Assembly (NCBI RefSeq): GCF_009834535.1
Contig: NC_045697.1
Location: 70,558,001 to 70,622,000, forward strand
DNA length: 64,000 nt
Reading direction: 5' to 3'
Source: Camelus ferus
Taxonomy: Eukaryota
Shown here: piece after piece, positions 51,831-64,000 of the stretch
How the letters are laid out: every line of letters starts with the position of its first letter
Position numbering within the stretch: position 1 is the first letter of the stretch
Position numbers and translations under genes: made by a program
Notes under the pieces: generated by a model
Told to the model about the DNA's origin: nothing
What the model saw: the letters and a program-made list of their open reading frames with translations, nothing else
Database searches by the model: none

Positions 51831-54800
51831 CATCATGTGACCAAATACTAAAATGGCAGTTTAAGCCATGAAGAGATATTACAGGGCAGTGATGCATGTT
51901 GACTTGCCAAACCAACAATAAGAGGCGAGAAAGACCATGGACATTTGGGACAGTCAGGGAAGCCTGGTGTAAATGCAGAGACTGAGTCCAGTATTGAAGG
52001 ACTGAGAAGACAGAATCTATGTATGGCTTTCTAAATCTATGAATCCTTGGCTTATCTTTATACTTCAGTTCATTTCTAGTTGTTAATGAACTTTTATTTG
52101 TAAAAATAAACAAAAAACCTGTACATTTATGAGTAATTACCATAATACACTAATTAGTATTAGTATCCTAATAATATATGAATAATGTTTAATGACCAGC
52201 TAGGAGGGGGAGGTGGGAGTGACGAAGGGGATCAACGCACTGTCCCCTCCTTCAGGGGCGCTTGAGGTCAGTGAGGAAGACGGGGGATAGGAGATGAGTG
52301 AGACCTGGGGAAAATATGTTATTAAGTGCTTCGGAAATTGAGCAAGAGAAGGCTGGTACATCACAGAAGGCCTTGTAGACATGCTAAAGTATTTGCACTT
52401 AATCTAAGGTAACGCAAACTAATCAGAGTTTTCCAATCAGAGGAAAATTATAATGAATTCAGATCTGCTTTTTTCTTTTTCTAAGTAGTTCAAAATCAAA
52501 TAGTGCTTTAAAATTAAATTCAGTGATACCATGTTTTCTTTCTTTTGTGGAATCATGTATTCCTTAATTTCGACTAGTTTCTTTCATAATTGTTATAGCC
52601 TTACATGTTAAAATGAGATAATGTCTATTAACTTTCTGAGATGTGCAGGTGGGAATTACGTTTAAAATGCATCATGTCACATGCATATTTTGCAGTCAAT
52701 CATTGTGATGTTTAACTTGGCAAGATTTCTCACTAAACCTTAATGAGATCTTACATGTTCTCACAAAGGACTCCTTGATCTGCTATTTTTGGCGCTCATT
52801 TTTTTCTGGAAACACATTCTTGTTTATAGCCTAGAAGGCTTTCTCTTTTACCTTAAAGAAAGCTTCCAATTGAAATAATCACATTTTAAACATTTATGGG
52901 CTACATTTTTAACAGAAGGACTTTCTTGAGAGAGAACATATTTAGAGGAAGCAGGAAGTGTGCGTGGTTGAATATCATGGCCAGTCAGAGAAGGAGGAGG
53001 ATTTGGGGCAAGGAACTGCCTTATCAGGAGAAAATATTGAGAACAATAATCATTACTCATAAAGGCTTGTAAAACCCAGAAAAGTTAGCATCCTCTGGCA
53101 TTCCACCTGAAGGTAGGTTTCTGCAGAGCTCTGTTTCCTTGGAGATATGGTTTATTGACCTCTAAAATGGCAAAATTTATTTTGAGATATAAGACCAGAG
53201 TTTATAAATTGAAGTACTGACCAATCCAATGAATTCTTAAGACCACTGAAGCTCAAATGTCATGTTGTTACCCACTTCAGTATATTAATTAACACTGTGT
53301 TTCTTAGGCCAAGCAGCAGCTAACATAAAATGTAACAATCACCAATTCTGAGTGGTGGGTAGTCACACATTTGTTCTATCAAATTCTTTTCTGTATTTTT
53401 TAACTGTTTAAAAAATTTATATAGGAGATAATAGAAATTTGGGCTAAATCTGTAAACTTATATAAAACCTCATTTCAGATTTATTCTAGTTGTATTTTAG
53501 GAAAGACGCCACTAGTAGGATGTTTAAGTAAAAATATTTCTAATAACGTAACTTCTGTTGCGTGTGGTGAGCCTAGTTTTATAAAGAAAGCACGTTTGAA
53601 TAAGTTTTGAAAGACGGTGGGAAGAGATTTGATTGCATGTGTTTTAGGAGTCAATAAGTCCTGTTAATGGCGGACAGACTTTAACAAAGACTGTGGTAGT
53701 ACAAAGGGCATTTGGAGTTCATTATGTTTGAGATGATTAACTCTAGGCTATTGAAATCAACTCCGAATCACCAATCTCAGTTTTGCCCTATAACCAAATA
53801 TTTTCTATGTTAATCAGCTAGGTTGACCTTTGAGAGGTTATTTCATTAAAAGAGATGTGCTTCCTAATTTAAGGTTGGCAGAAATAGAAGTACCAGAGAC
53901 TAGATCTTACTATTTCAATAATAATATTTCTTCCTTAGACCTGTGACCTGAAAAGTTACTTATGAAGAAAAGGAAGTTTGGAGAGTTAAGAGTCTCAATC
54001 ATCCCACCACGATTTATCCACTTACTACTGTAGTTACTATGAGAGTGGGAGATGGAATTAATCTTACATAGAATTTGCCTTAGGCCTTAATGAAGAATCA
54101 GATACCACATGTGCAACCAAGAAATACAAGGTTCCCTGGGGATTTCCCCTCCTGGAAGCCTCAATTGTCATTTCCCTGGGAGAAGCAGGTGGTGGAGCAA
54201 ATGGTCCTGGTCCCAGCCCCCTCCTCACAAGGAGACCAAGGGGCTCCTATGCAGAGGCTTCCAAACCACAGCTTGGAGAGCCCCAGAGGCTGCTGTATGT
54301 TTAATGAAATTTCCAAGGGAATAAAGGACAGTGCATGAAATCACTGTGACGCTGCTTTACAAGCTACAGGCAGACTCAGAACTTTCCTTGATAAACGGTG
54401 GAGTCACACTCAGGGTCCTTCATGAGCTTACTCGAGACTAGTTCACATTTAGCCTGACCAGTAGAATAGACTTGGCTGCTTAGTCAAGGCTGGAAAATAG
54501 CCAGGGGACACAGGTGAGTGGTCTCTGATTATTCTATGGGCGAATTTTACTGTTTTGTTCATTCAGATGGTTATATTCAGGAGAACAGTGGGGGAATAAA
54601 GAAATGTGTACATCAAAGAACAGAAGAGATACAAGGATGAAAGCCTCTCAAAGGAAAATGGCTCATGTGAGGGGTTTGGCCATGTCTGAAGATTTTGGAT
54701 GCTCTTGCTTTTCAACTCTTCTGTTTGTCTGTTGTACTTTGTTTGAGTTGGAATTTCCTACCTGAAATTGGGACCACATTCAGCCTTTGACATCTTGCTC

Positions 54801-57800
54801 TTGAATTGGGACTATATTTATAACCTTATATTTTACAAAATTGTTTTTTGCAACATATTTATAATGTCATTTATCATTCAATAGTTCTCACTTTACATAA
54901 CATGTGTTCTGAGACTATGTTGTTTAGGTAAAATTGAGAGGGCAGAATACTTTAAGTGTTTTTATTGTCACCTGATATTTAAATTAGAGCTACATGGATT
55001 GTTTTGTAAAACTAATTATTACTTTGTATTTATCTATTTTTTCAAATTGATGTTTTAAATACTTGGTCTACTCAAAATGAAAAAAGTAATCTACTTTTTT
55101 AATATTTAAAAGCTATCTAGCCTCTCATTTTTCATCGCCCTTGGTATAAATATAACTCATACAACCATATCTATATTTTGAAAACTTTTACATTTCAAAC
55201 CAAACAAAATCAAAACCTAAGAAGTTGGAAAAAAGAAGTATAAATTTTTCCAACAGGAAATTATGTTTTGTTCTTACTGAGAAGTTCAATTAAAATTATA
55301 TGAAATGGTGTAAAATATGATTTACATTTTATATGATGAATCCTGGTTCCATTCGACTATATAGTCATTACCAAAAATGAAACAAATCCACAGCAATAAT
55401 AAAATTTTAAAAACCCTGTAGCATATAATTTTTTATGCCACTACTGCAGAATAGAAATGCCTCGTCACCACCCATTCTTTAGAACATATCTATACTCAAC
55501 CTCTGAAAGCCACAGTCTAACAGTCTTACCAAAAATAATATTTCCTTTCCTTCATAGGAGAATTTTCTATTTCTTGGGGGTTAATAATCAACTATTTCTA
55601 AGAAGTTATGCTTTTTGGTTATGTTCACATGAACAAAATCCAAGTTAGATTTTGAAATAACCATTTTTCATCTAATCAACAATCTGGGAGCTTACCAGAC
55701 TCATGAGAAATTGTCTTAACAGTGAGAAGCTTCACACTCTCTTTATCGGACTGAGGCCTATTTGGAACAGAAAACGTTTGAGTTAACACCACAGTAATTA
55801 GCATTACATATCTGTAAAAGAAAGTAAACATGATATAAACAGAAAGAAGAAAATACACATGCATAGATGTATATTGTTTTATGTGTTTCTACAGCAAAAT
55901 CTGTGTCTCTTCACATACAAACTCACAGACACTTTTACAGCAATTTCACTTCTGGAATCAAGCCAATAAACCTCTGTCATTCTGTTCCAGTGATGATCAT
56001 CAGATAAATTCAACATCAAGATGCGTCACATGAAACACCTGTCACAAGCTCCATGTTGCACATGCCCCCAGTTCTGTGAATTGTGAAGGGGAAGATACAG
56101 AAATATCTCCAAAGCTTTTGGACTGATGCTGAGTTCTGGGGACATTCGTTTTCATGAGGTCATGATACTGCAGGGTAGTGTCTGAACTGTCTATTTTAAT
56201 TAAGACCTCCCATCTATCCCTTCTCTGATTGGAAATAGTTTCAAACCCCAATTCCTCTCCTTGGGCATCTCAGGAACCTCTACTTTTAATTAAGAAGGGT
56301 AGGTGATGTAGGGGCATTTTCTTAAAGTTCACAATCCAATGAACACACACGAACACCCATAAAAAGGCAGGCTACAAAGTCAGGTCAACACAGAAAAGTT
56401 AACCACAGAATGTGGTTTTGACATTAAAATATTTTGTCTGTGCAGCACCTTGAGTGTAACAGTTGGCTGGAGTGCTAACAATTGTTTTACGTGTTTTAAT
56501 AAAGTCAAAGCAGAGAAACCATCTGCTGTTAAAGGAAAGCCATCCAGAGCCATATCAAGGTGCAGCCATGATTCTTCCCAAATTGTGAGAAACATATTGA
56601 GATTTTCAATAGGAAAACTATTTTAAAACTCTAAATATGTATTCTATGAATTTTCCCTCATGGTTATAGCCATTCCTCTATCTTCCATTTCAACGTTTGA
56701 TTTCTGATTTTACGACTTCACTCAAGCTTAAGAGCAATCTTCGCTTTTAGTTGGAATTTCTCTGTTGAATAGAGAGAGCTCTCTGATAATAGTTAACCAA
56801 ATGCTGTATGTCGTGCTTTCTACACAAATATTTTAAGAAACAAAAGAAAAGGTATGAGTAGAGTATCAATACTTTTCCCTATGTAAACAATAGGGTCAGA
56901 GTTTCTAGGGGAAACAACAGAAATGTGGCATTACTTACTGGTCATTTCCATTTTCCGGGGTGCCTAGGAGAGGAGGGAACTGTTACTAGAGTTGCAGGGA
57001 GCTTGGCCACAAAAAAATTTAAGACCCCTGCCCCTTTCTGTGCAAAGATGTTTCTAAAGCCAATTTTTAACTTATTCTCTCCCCGCACCCCACGTCCCGT
57101 TGACCATTTTCTCAGACATGGTTACTACTCCTTCTTCAGTCTCAGCTAGCACATTCACGGTTCAGTCTCAGCTAGACCAACCCCACTGAACTTGGCTCTG
57201 GACGAATTTTAATCTTATCATTTCATATTGCTGTGTGAAACTATTATCTGTGATCGCACATCCTGCAGACACCAGAAAATGTCTCAGCTTATTTCAGTAT
57301 CTCTGAAAAAAAAAAAATTCTCCTTAAAGTATCAAATTACCTTTATAACAGAGAATTGAATTTTTGGCTTTTCTTTATACGTTGCTCTCTCTGGGGACAC
57401 AAATCACTGTATTTATGGTGCACCACGATGCAGATATTGCTTCTAATTGCATCTGAAGCTCAAGGATTCAGCCTCTCAAAAGAGCCCTGCAAAATGTCCA
57501 TGAAGCTGCTAACTGCAACTAATCTTCCATCTGCTTTGCCGGCCTGCTCCACGAGGGTCAGGTAGGAAGCAAGTTGGGCTTAGAGCGGGAACTCAGAACG
57601 ATTCATTCTGCTCGAGAGCATGGCCTCTTGGGAGCAGACCTGGTGGTCAAACCTTATATGAATCTGTGGCCTGTTAGGCAAAATATGTAATGTAATCACT
57701 TAAGGTTCCTTGCTTGGTTCCGGATTTTGTTGTAGTTTTATTCCATTGCTACTCACTTCCTATCTCTTGGATATCCTTTCATCTCTAATCTGTCTTCTGT

Positions 57801-59260
57801 TATCAGGATATGCCCTTTGAATATAATTCTCCTGTCTTTGCCTACCATTGTTTTATAAAGACCTTGATCTCCACTAATATTTTGGCTACTTCTACTTCTG
57901 TCCCCTTGGCAAAGATGCTCCAACATGAATCTTAATCCCTTGAGTTTAATTCATGGCACCATATGCTGTTCACCAACTAGATCTAAGCTCATCTTCCCTA
58001 CCATCAGTACAGTTTTAACAGCATTTTAAAATTTCCATTATAAGTGTTATATATGATACCACATGTGATGCTCATAGCTCTGTTTTAGAATGAGTTGATA
58101 TTTTTTTATGCCTTTATTATTTTCCTTAGAATACTATGAGTTCATTAGCAGATATGCATACTAACAGACGACTTTCTGCGTATTTGCCATTCTCATTTGA
58201 GTTAAAGCTCAGACTACTGTCAGCATTATCCAGATAAGCTTGTTTTCATACCAAAACCTCTGATTCGTGTTGGCTTCCAGAGAGCAGAGTGGGTTTACAA
58301 ATTTTCCGAACTTAATGAAGTCTCACCCACATACCTGAAGAACGATTAATTGTGGTGTTTAATGGTGCTAGTTTAATGATAACAATACTGTAAATTCTGT
58401 TTAGAAAACCAGGTTGACAACAATCAAATAGATTTGGTTAATTGTACGATTGTCAAACTTGGCTATAAAGTATTTTATGCCTTCAGAATAACTCTCCATA
58501 GTGGTGGGGATTGTACACTTTTTTCCCTGCATGATCCAGTTCATCCATAAAGTCCTCTTTCATAGAAAATGTCAGCTTTTCAGATAACTTACTTGCAAAT
58601 CATCCTAAGCAAAGCAGTTTTTCACTCCAGGGTATTCTTACAAATGAATTTAACCCACTAATTTTTTCCCTACCCTCGATACTCAACACCCACTGGCTTC
58701 CACTTGCTTGGTTGGTTGCCCATAGAAGATAGCACTGGTGGTTTAGAAACATAGAGAAATTAAACTGATTTGTAAAAATGCTATTTCCCCCCTGGAAACT
58801 GAGTGAGGAAACATATTTCAGACATTATTAAGAAGTTTATTCACTAACTCCCAAAGGGAAAGACATTGATTTGTTTTCCTCTTATTTTCCACCAAAAGTA
58901 AAATGAACACTGCTGTTTCCATCTTATCACTTTGCCTTGCACTGTCGGGCTCACGCGCTAATGGTCTCTGGCCTCGGGAACAGTGTTCGTTAGTGTCCTG
59001 GGGGCACACTGTCCACGGGGTAACAAAGAAGAGCGTGGCTTATGTATCTTGTAAAAATAATTGATTTTTACTTTTTAATAGTATATGAGGCTTAGAGTTC
59101 AGTCAGTGAAATAATTAGAATTAAAGTGAGGAAAAAGATTCTGTTTTACTGAAAATTTAAAAAAAAATTGACTCAACAAGCATATCATAAGGCTCTGCTA
59201 TATACTGTGCACAAAGCAATGTGAACGACACATAGTTTGGGACTTGGAGGGGCCACCTGA

Positions 59261-59613
59261 TGGGATGGACGGAAGGTCTGTGTCCCCCTACAATTCATAA
59301 TGTTGAACCTTGACACCCAATGTGATGGTATTAGGATGCCGGACCTTTGGAAAATGATTAGGTCATGAGAGGCGAGTCCTCATGAATGGGCTTAGTGCCC
59401 TGATAAAAGAGACCCCAGAGAGTTCTCTAGTCCCTTCTGCCATGTGAAGACACAGGCGGATCTAAAAACCAGGAAGACAGCGTTCATCAGACATTGGATC
59501 TGATGCTGCCTTGATTGAACTTCTCAGTCTCCCGAACTGTGAGAAATAGATGCTGGTTGTTTGAGCCACCCGGCTGCGGCATTTTTGTTGTAGCAACCTA
59601 AACAGAAAAAGAT
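59261..59613 (+). mobile_element. MLT1A-type MaLR solo LTR, apparently inserted in an L2 fragment
   Basis: tgtgtcccccta...tgattaggtcatgag...tgccctgataaaagagaccccagagag...gaactgtgagaaata...ttgagccacc. Confidence 0.9.
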
Positions 59614-60039
59614 GTTCAACTTGCAGGGAAAGCAGGTATATGGAGACATCCCTATACTATAGTGTGATGAAAAATATCATTAAATTCTGTAAAATTAGAC
59701 ATACAAGAACACACCACTCTGCTTAAAGAGATGGTGTGTTAAAAATATACATTAAATTTGCTTTTAAGCCAGATCTTAATGGATACGTAGGAGATGAGGT
59801 GTGTTATGAAAGTTAAGTCGTGGGTAGGACATTCTAGGAGAAGGAATGACCTGGATGAAGGCACGGATACACAGCACTACAAAATACAGCCAAGAAGGTG
59901 GCTGAAATGGAAAGATGATTGGAGTTTAAGACAACACAGAGGAGTGCTGAGTCATGGGAACTAAATGGGGATTCAGATGAAGCATCAAGTAAAAAGAGAA
60001 CTCAAGTTCCTAGAACAAAAAAATAAAGACTGAAAGAAA

Positions 60040-60210
60040 TCTGAATAACATAGGAACTTTAGTTAATAATTTTGGTTAATTCATTGTGACAAACATAACA
60101 TACTAACGTAAGATGTTAATAATAAGGATATGTGGGAACTCTCTGTAACTATCTTCACAATTTTTCTGTAAATCTAAAAAAACTATCTTAAAATGTAAAA
60201 GTTTATTTTG
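60040..60210 (+). mobile_element. L1MC-like 3' end
   Basis: catactaacgtaagatgttaataataagg...tgggaactctctgtaactatcttcacaatttttctgtaaatctaaaa. Confidence 0.8.
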
Positions 60211-61417
60211 GACAAGTCTTGAAAATATAATGCCATTATGGGAACCAAAAATATTCAAGAGGCAGGGAGAAGAAGATGACACAGCAAAAAGAAGAAAATG
60301 AAGACTGAGGGTGTTAAATGAAAGAAGAAAGGCTTTTGGACGCTAATGGAGAGATTAAGGAGGATAATAAAGAATTGTCAAACTGGAATCCCTCTAAAAA
60401 TTGCAATTGTGTTCAATCCCGAGGAACCGATTCAATCAGCAGAACATACAGTCATGGAAGACACCTTCATTGGAAGGAAGCTGTGCCTCCCAGGAGGGAA
60501 ATCGGTCACAAAACACTCTTCAAATCATGGGTCCCTAAGTGAAATCCTCAGCAATACCTGCCTTCATTCTCTGTTACATGGAAATGGAACAAATCTTAAC
60601 TGTAGCTAAGACATGTCATTTTATGGCTTCTTTTCTACCGTATTTCCCCAACCACCCCACAAAACGAGGGCTATTTCATTAAAAAGAGCTTGTCCATGTT
60701 TGATCATATCTGCCACTAGTAGTTAATTCCTGTTCCTTACATTCACCAGCGTTCACTGGATTTCTCTGCCCCTCTTCCTCTATTTCTGTGATCAAGCAGT
60801 ACGGCATTTGGTTTCTGTGTGTAATTCCTCTCTCCCTTTAAGAGTGTAAATTCAGGTTTAGACTGAGCATGTTTATTCTCTTGTTAGGAAAACAAAATGA
60901 AACAAAACACTGTTACCTACCTGGGTCTGTCTTCCAGCACATTCGATACAAACCCACCAGGACAAAGACTGAAAGTGTTATGACAATCAAAGCAATAACC
61001 ACAGGCAAAATAATACCTAAAAAGTATTGGAGACATTGTCAGTTAGAGTGGCTACTGAATTTCACAACAAATAGTTTATGAACTGAGCAAAAGCATTCAT
61101 GCTTCCTTTCTTCTTTAAACATCATTCTTATTACAGACTTTATATTTTAGATGAAGAAGATGCGTCCGATTGCTCTAGTTGTCATTTCTGATATATCCAC
61201 TTGATGTCAGTCTTGTAGCCCTTCTAAAATAAAACTCCAGCCCTAAGGAAGGCAGCTCCCACCTTCCTGGAGACTGGAGGAATGAGGAGATGGGAGACTG
61301 GCCAGGCAGATGTCCTCTAGAACTATGGTCAGACCCACATGCACACTTTATATTCTCTACTGCTTTATAATGAAGTTACTAACATATCTGTATTTGAATC
61401 TGTATCTGTATATCTTG

Positions 61418-61727
61418 GATGAAGGCAGTCAAAAGGCACAAACTTTCAATTATAAGATAAATAAGTTCTAGGGATATAACGTACAACTTGATAAATATAA
61501 TTAACACTGTTGTATATTATATGTGAAAGTTGTTAAGAGAGTAAATCCTGAGTTCTCATCACAAGAACATTTTTTCTATTTCACTAATTTTGTATCTATG
61601 TGAGATAATGAATGTGCACTAAACTTACTGTGATAAGTTTCATGATGTAAGTCAAACCATTATGCTGTACACCTTAAATGTATATAGTGCTGTGTGTCAA
61701 TTATATCTCAATAAAAATGGAAAAAAA
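61418..61727 (+). mobile_element. L1MA9-like 3' end
   Basis: caaaaggcacaaactttcaattataagataaataagttctaggg...gctgtacaccttaaa...gtcaattatatctcaataaaaatggaaaaaa. Confidence 0.85.
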
Positions 61728-62947
61728 TATATCCCCTACTGGCCCTATTGGCAATGTTCTAGTCATAAAGCTGGCTTCCTAAAAAATTCATAGATACCTT
61801 TCTGTAATACTATCCTAAAACTCTAAAAAGGCACACAGTATCATAAATGGATATAAATGGCTATCACCATGGATTTAATTTCTAAACATGAACAACATGG
61901 TCCAAGAAAGATAAGCATGTGTGTGTTTGTGAATACCTGCTTGGGGGAGTGGTGTTGATGCAGTAATTAGAGTTAGTTTTTCCTGTTCTTATTAAGAGGA
62001 GGGTTTTGCTGTTTGTTTATTTTAGCATCTGCCTTCTTTTCTAACAATCGTAGTCCAGGTTAAAACAAGAGTGATGAGAGGAGAAAGCTGCCATCGGGAC
62101 GTAAGGAGAGACACAGACGTTAAGGTTCCCATTTAGTCGGGTAGTCTCCTCCGCTTGCTTGTTCTCCTTAAGTTTATCAGGGGTTGAGAACAGCTATCCA
62201 GTTCATTTGTTGGGTGGTTTACACTTCCACTCTCATGGGTAAGAGTTTGTTTTAGTTATGTCCTGCTGGGTGCACATTAGACCTTGGTGAGATCATTAGT
62301 GCCTCCCAAAATGAAGATGCCATGAATCAGCAGGTCAGTACATGCAATGTTGACTTACTGAATGTAATGACTTTACCTAAACCTAAGATAATCTTTTATC
62401 ATCACAGTTTCCTGTATATTCATCACATTCTTAATTTCCAGGGAAATTATGAATATTCTCTATTCAATCCTAGTGTACGCAGTGTGTTGTATAACACATG
62501 CTCTTGCTAAAATGGAACACTTCTTAAAAAGCCATTTTTAACATTAAGGTAAAGTCCTATAATGGTGATAATTCATTTTTATGGAGATCTTTCTACCTGT
62601 GCACTTTGGCTTATCTAAGACTAGTCCCATCAATTTACCTTGACCCCTGGTGGTAATCGCTGAGCACTAAGGTAAGAAATAAAAAATCCCCAAAGTGTAC
62701 TCATTAAAACCAGACTCAACAGGAGGAAATTTTCAAAGTAGGTGGTAGTTATATAGGATTATAATGGGATTGCAGGTTCAGTAAAGTTGAAAAAGGCTGT
62801 CTATGATTGACTCCTTTCCCGTATTGACAACATTCAGACATTCTGCAGATCTACTGCCACGAATGAAGGTATGTCTGTTACTCACTGGAATAAGAGGGGT
62901 TGGCTGAAGACGCGCTTGCATTTTTTCCATTCTCAGAACCTATTGGT

Positions 62948-63031
62948 GAAAGAAAAGAAAGAAATCGAGAAAGAAAGAAAGAAATCGAGAAAGAAATTGA
63001 GAAATCGAGAAAGAAATCGAGAAAGAAATCG

Positions 63032-63089
<58 letters not shown>

Positions 63090-63208
63090 GAAGGAAGGAA
63101 GGAAGGAAGGAAGGAAGGAAGAAAGAAAGAAAGAAAGGAAGGAAGAAAGGAAGGAAGGAAGAAAGAAAGGAAGGAAGAAAGAAAGGAAGAAAGAAAGGGA
63201 GAAAGAAG
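62948..63208 (+). repeat. Compound (GAAA)n/(GGAA)n microsatellite with TCGA-variant units
   Basis: Directly visible; explains the ORFs at 62871-63434. Confidence 0.97.
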
Positions 63209-63363
63209 TAAACCTTTGGTTAATGAGTACCAATCCTTACAATCTTCCCCACACCTCTCCACTCCTCATTTATATGGGCGTCTGAGATCTATAGCTATGA
63301 AGCTTCAAAGTGAAAACATTTTGTCTGAAAGAGCTCTGTTTTGTGAATCAAGAATGGCAGGGA

Positions 63364-63540
63364 GTGAACATACACAATCTGATGTGTGTGGACACGTGCA
63401 TATACCCATGATACCAGCACCACAATCAAGGTAGTAGACATAGCTGTCACCCCCAAAAGTTTCCTCTTGTCCCCTCCCTTTTTTGTGGATGTGCAGTTTT
63501 TTTTGTATATCAATTATACTTCAATAAGCTGTTTTTTTTT
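63364..63540 (+). mobile_element. L1MB-like 3' end with 5' inversion
   Basis: 63364-~63483 is antisense L1 3' UTR; 63489-63540 is the sense terminal gtgcagtttt...tatcaattatacttcaataagctg. Confidence 0.75.
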
Positions 63541-64000
63541 AGACTGGTGGGATTTTCTTGGTGAGAAGGGTTAAGTGAAGCAAGTTTCCACTCATGCACA
63601 CAGAAGCCATACTTTGAGACGGTGAGATGTTTTCTGGAATTACTGGTGTTGAGGTTAATGAACTGGTTTGGAGAGGTGATGATGCATCTGGTGGTGAGAC
63701 GTTAACTGTAAGAAAATGATAAATATAGAGTCAGATTATAGTATTTACTCTTCTTACTGAGTTTTTTTGCAGATTCAAACAGCTTGCATTTCTGAAGATC
63801 TGTAAAAACTGTTTATTGTTGAATAATGAGGTATATATTATTATACACTAAATCGTGAGTTCATCTATCTCCTCCTGTAGAGATGATTAAATTTGGAATC
63901 ACAAAACTTTGGTATTAGTATTATAGCTTCAAGAACTGGCCAGAAAACTTGAGTAAGTTTCTCATTTACTACTCTAGCAAAAGCCTGTATCACCTACCGC

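Noticed and set aside
60318..60609. Two overlapping ATG-initiated ORFs (74 and 87 aa)
   Set aside because: No recognisable homology or splice signals.
62871..63434. Longest ORFs (K/E/R-rich 187 aa and F/L/S-rich antisense)
   Set aside because: They are translations of the GAAA/GGAA microsatellite and adjacent L1 sequence.
1..64000. CRISPR arrays, operons or other prokaryotic-type systems
   Set aside because: The window is clearly mammalian genomic DNA; the direct repeats seen are isolated two-copy duplications, not arrays.

Overview
Mammalian nuclear DNA, AT-rich and repeat-dense, most likely intronic or intergenic. Four copies of a tRNA-Ala(AGC)-derived SINE match the camelid Vic-1 family as I recall it, so the source is probably a camelid (alpaca/llama/camel). 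I recognise no host protein-coding exon or RNA gene; the ORF track is explained by chance ORFs, repeat fragments and a microsatellite. The largest element is a decayed, internally deleted ERV-L provirus (~4925-8873) with LTR33-like LTRs and readable gag, protease, RT and RNase H remnants. The rest is typical eutherian repeats (MIR, L2, L1M, MLT1/MLT2, LTR16-like, MER5/MER33/MER58 hAT-Charlie) plus younger artiodactyl-type L1 3' ends. I found no convincing novel biological system. The best leads are modest: a possible structured RNA with C/D-like boxes around two hairpins (21516-21716), a CTCF-like motif in a CpG-enriched patch (~24.7 kb), a microsatellite apparently born inside a target-site duplication (TSD), a twin-primed inverted L1, and several candidate + strand exons. 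Repeat family names come from remembered consensus sequences, not a database search, and boundaries without a stated TSD are approximate.
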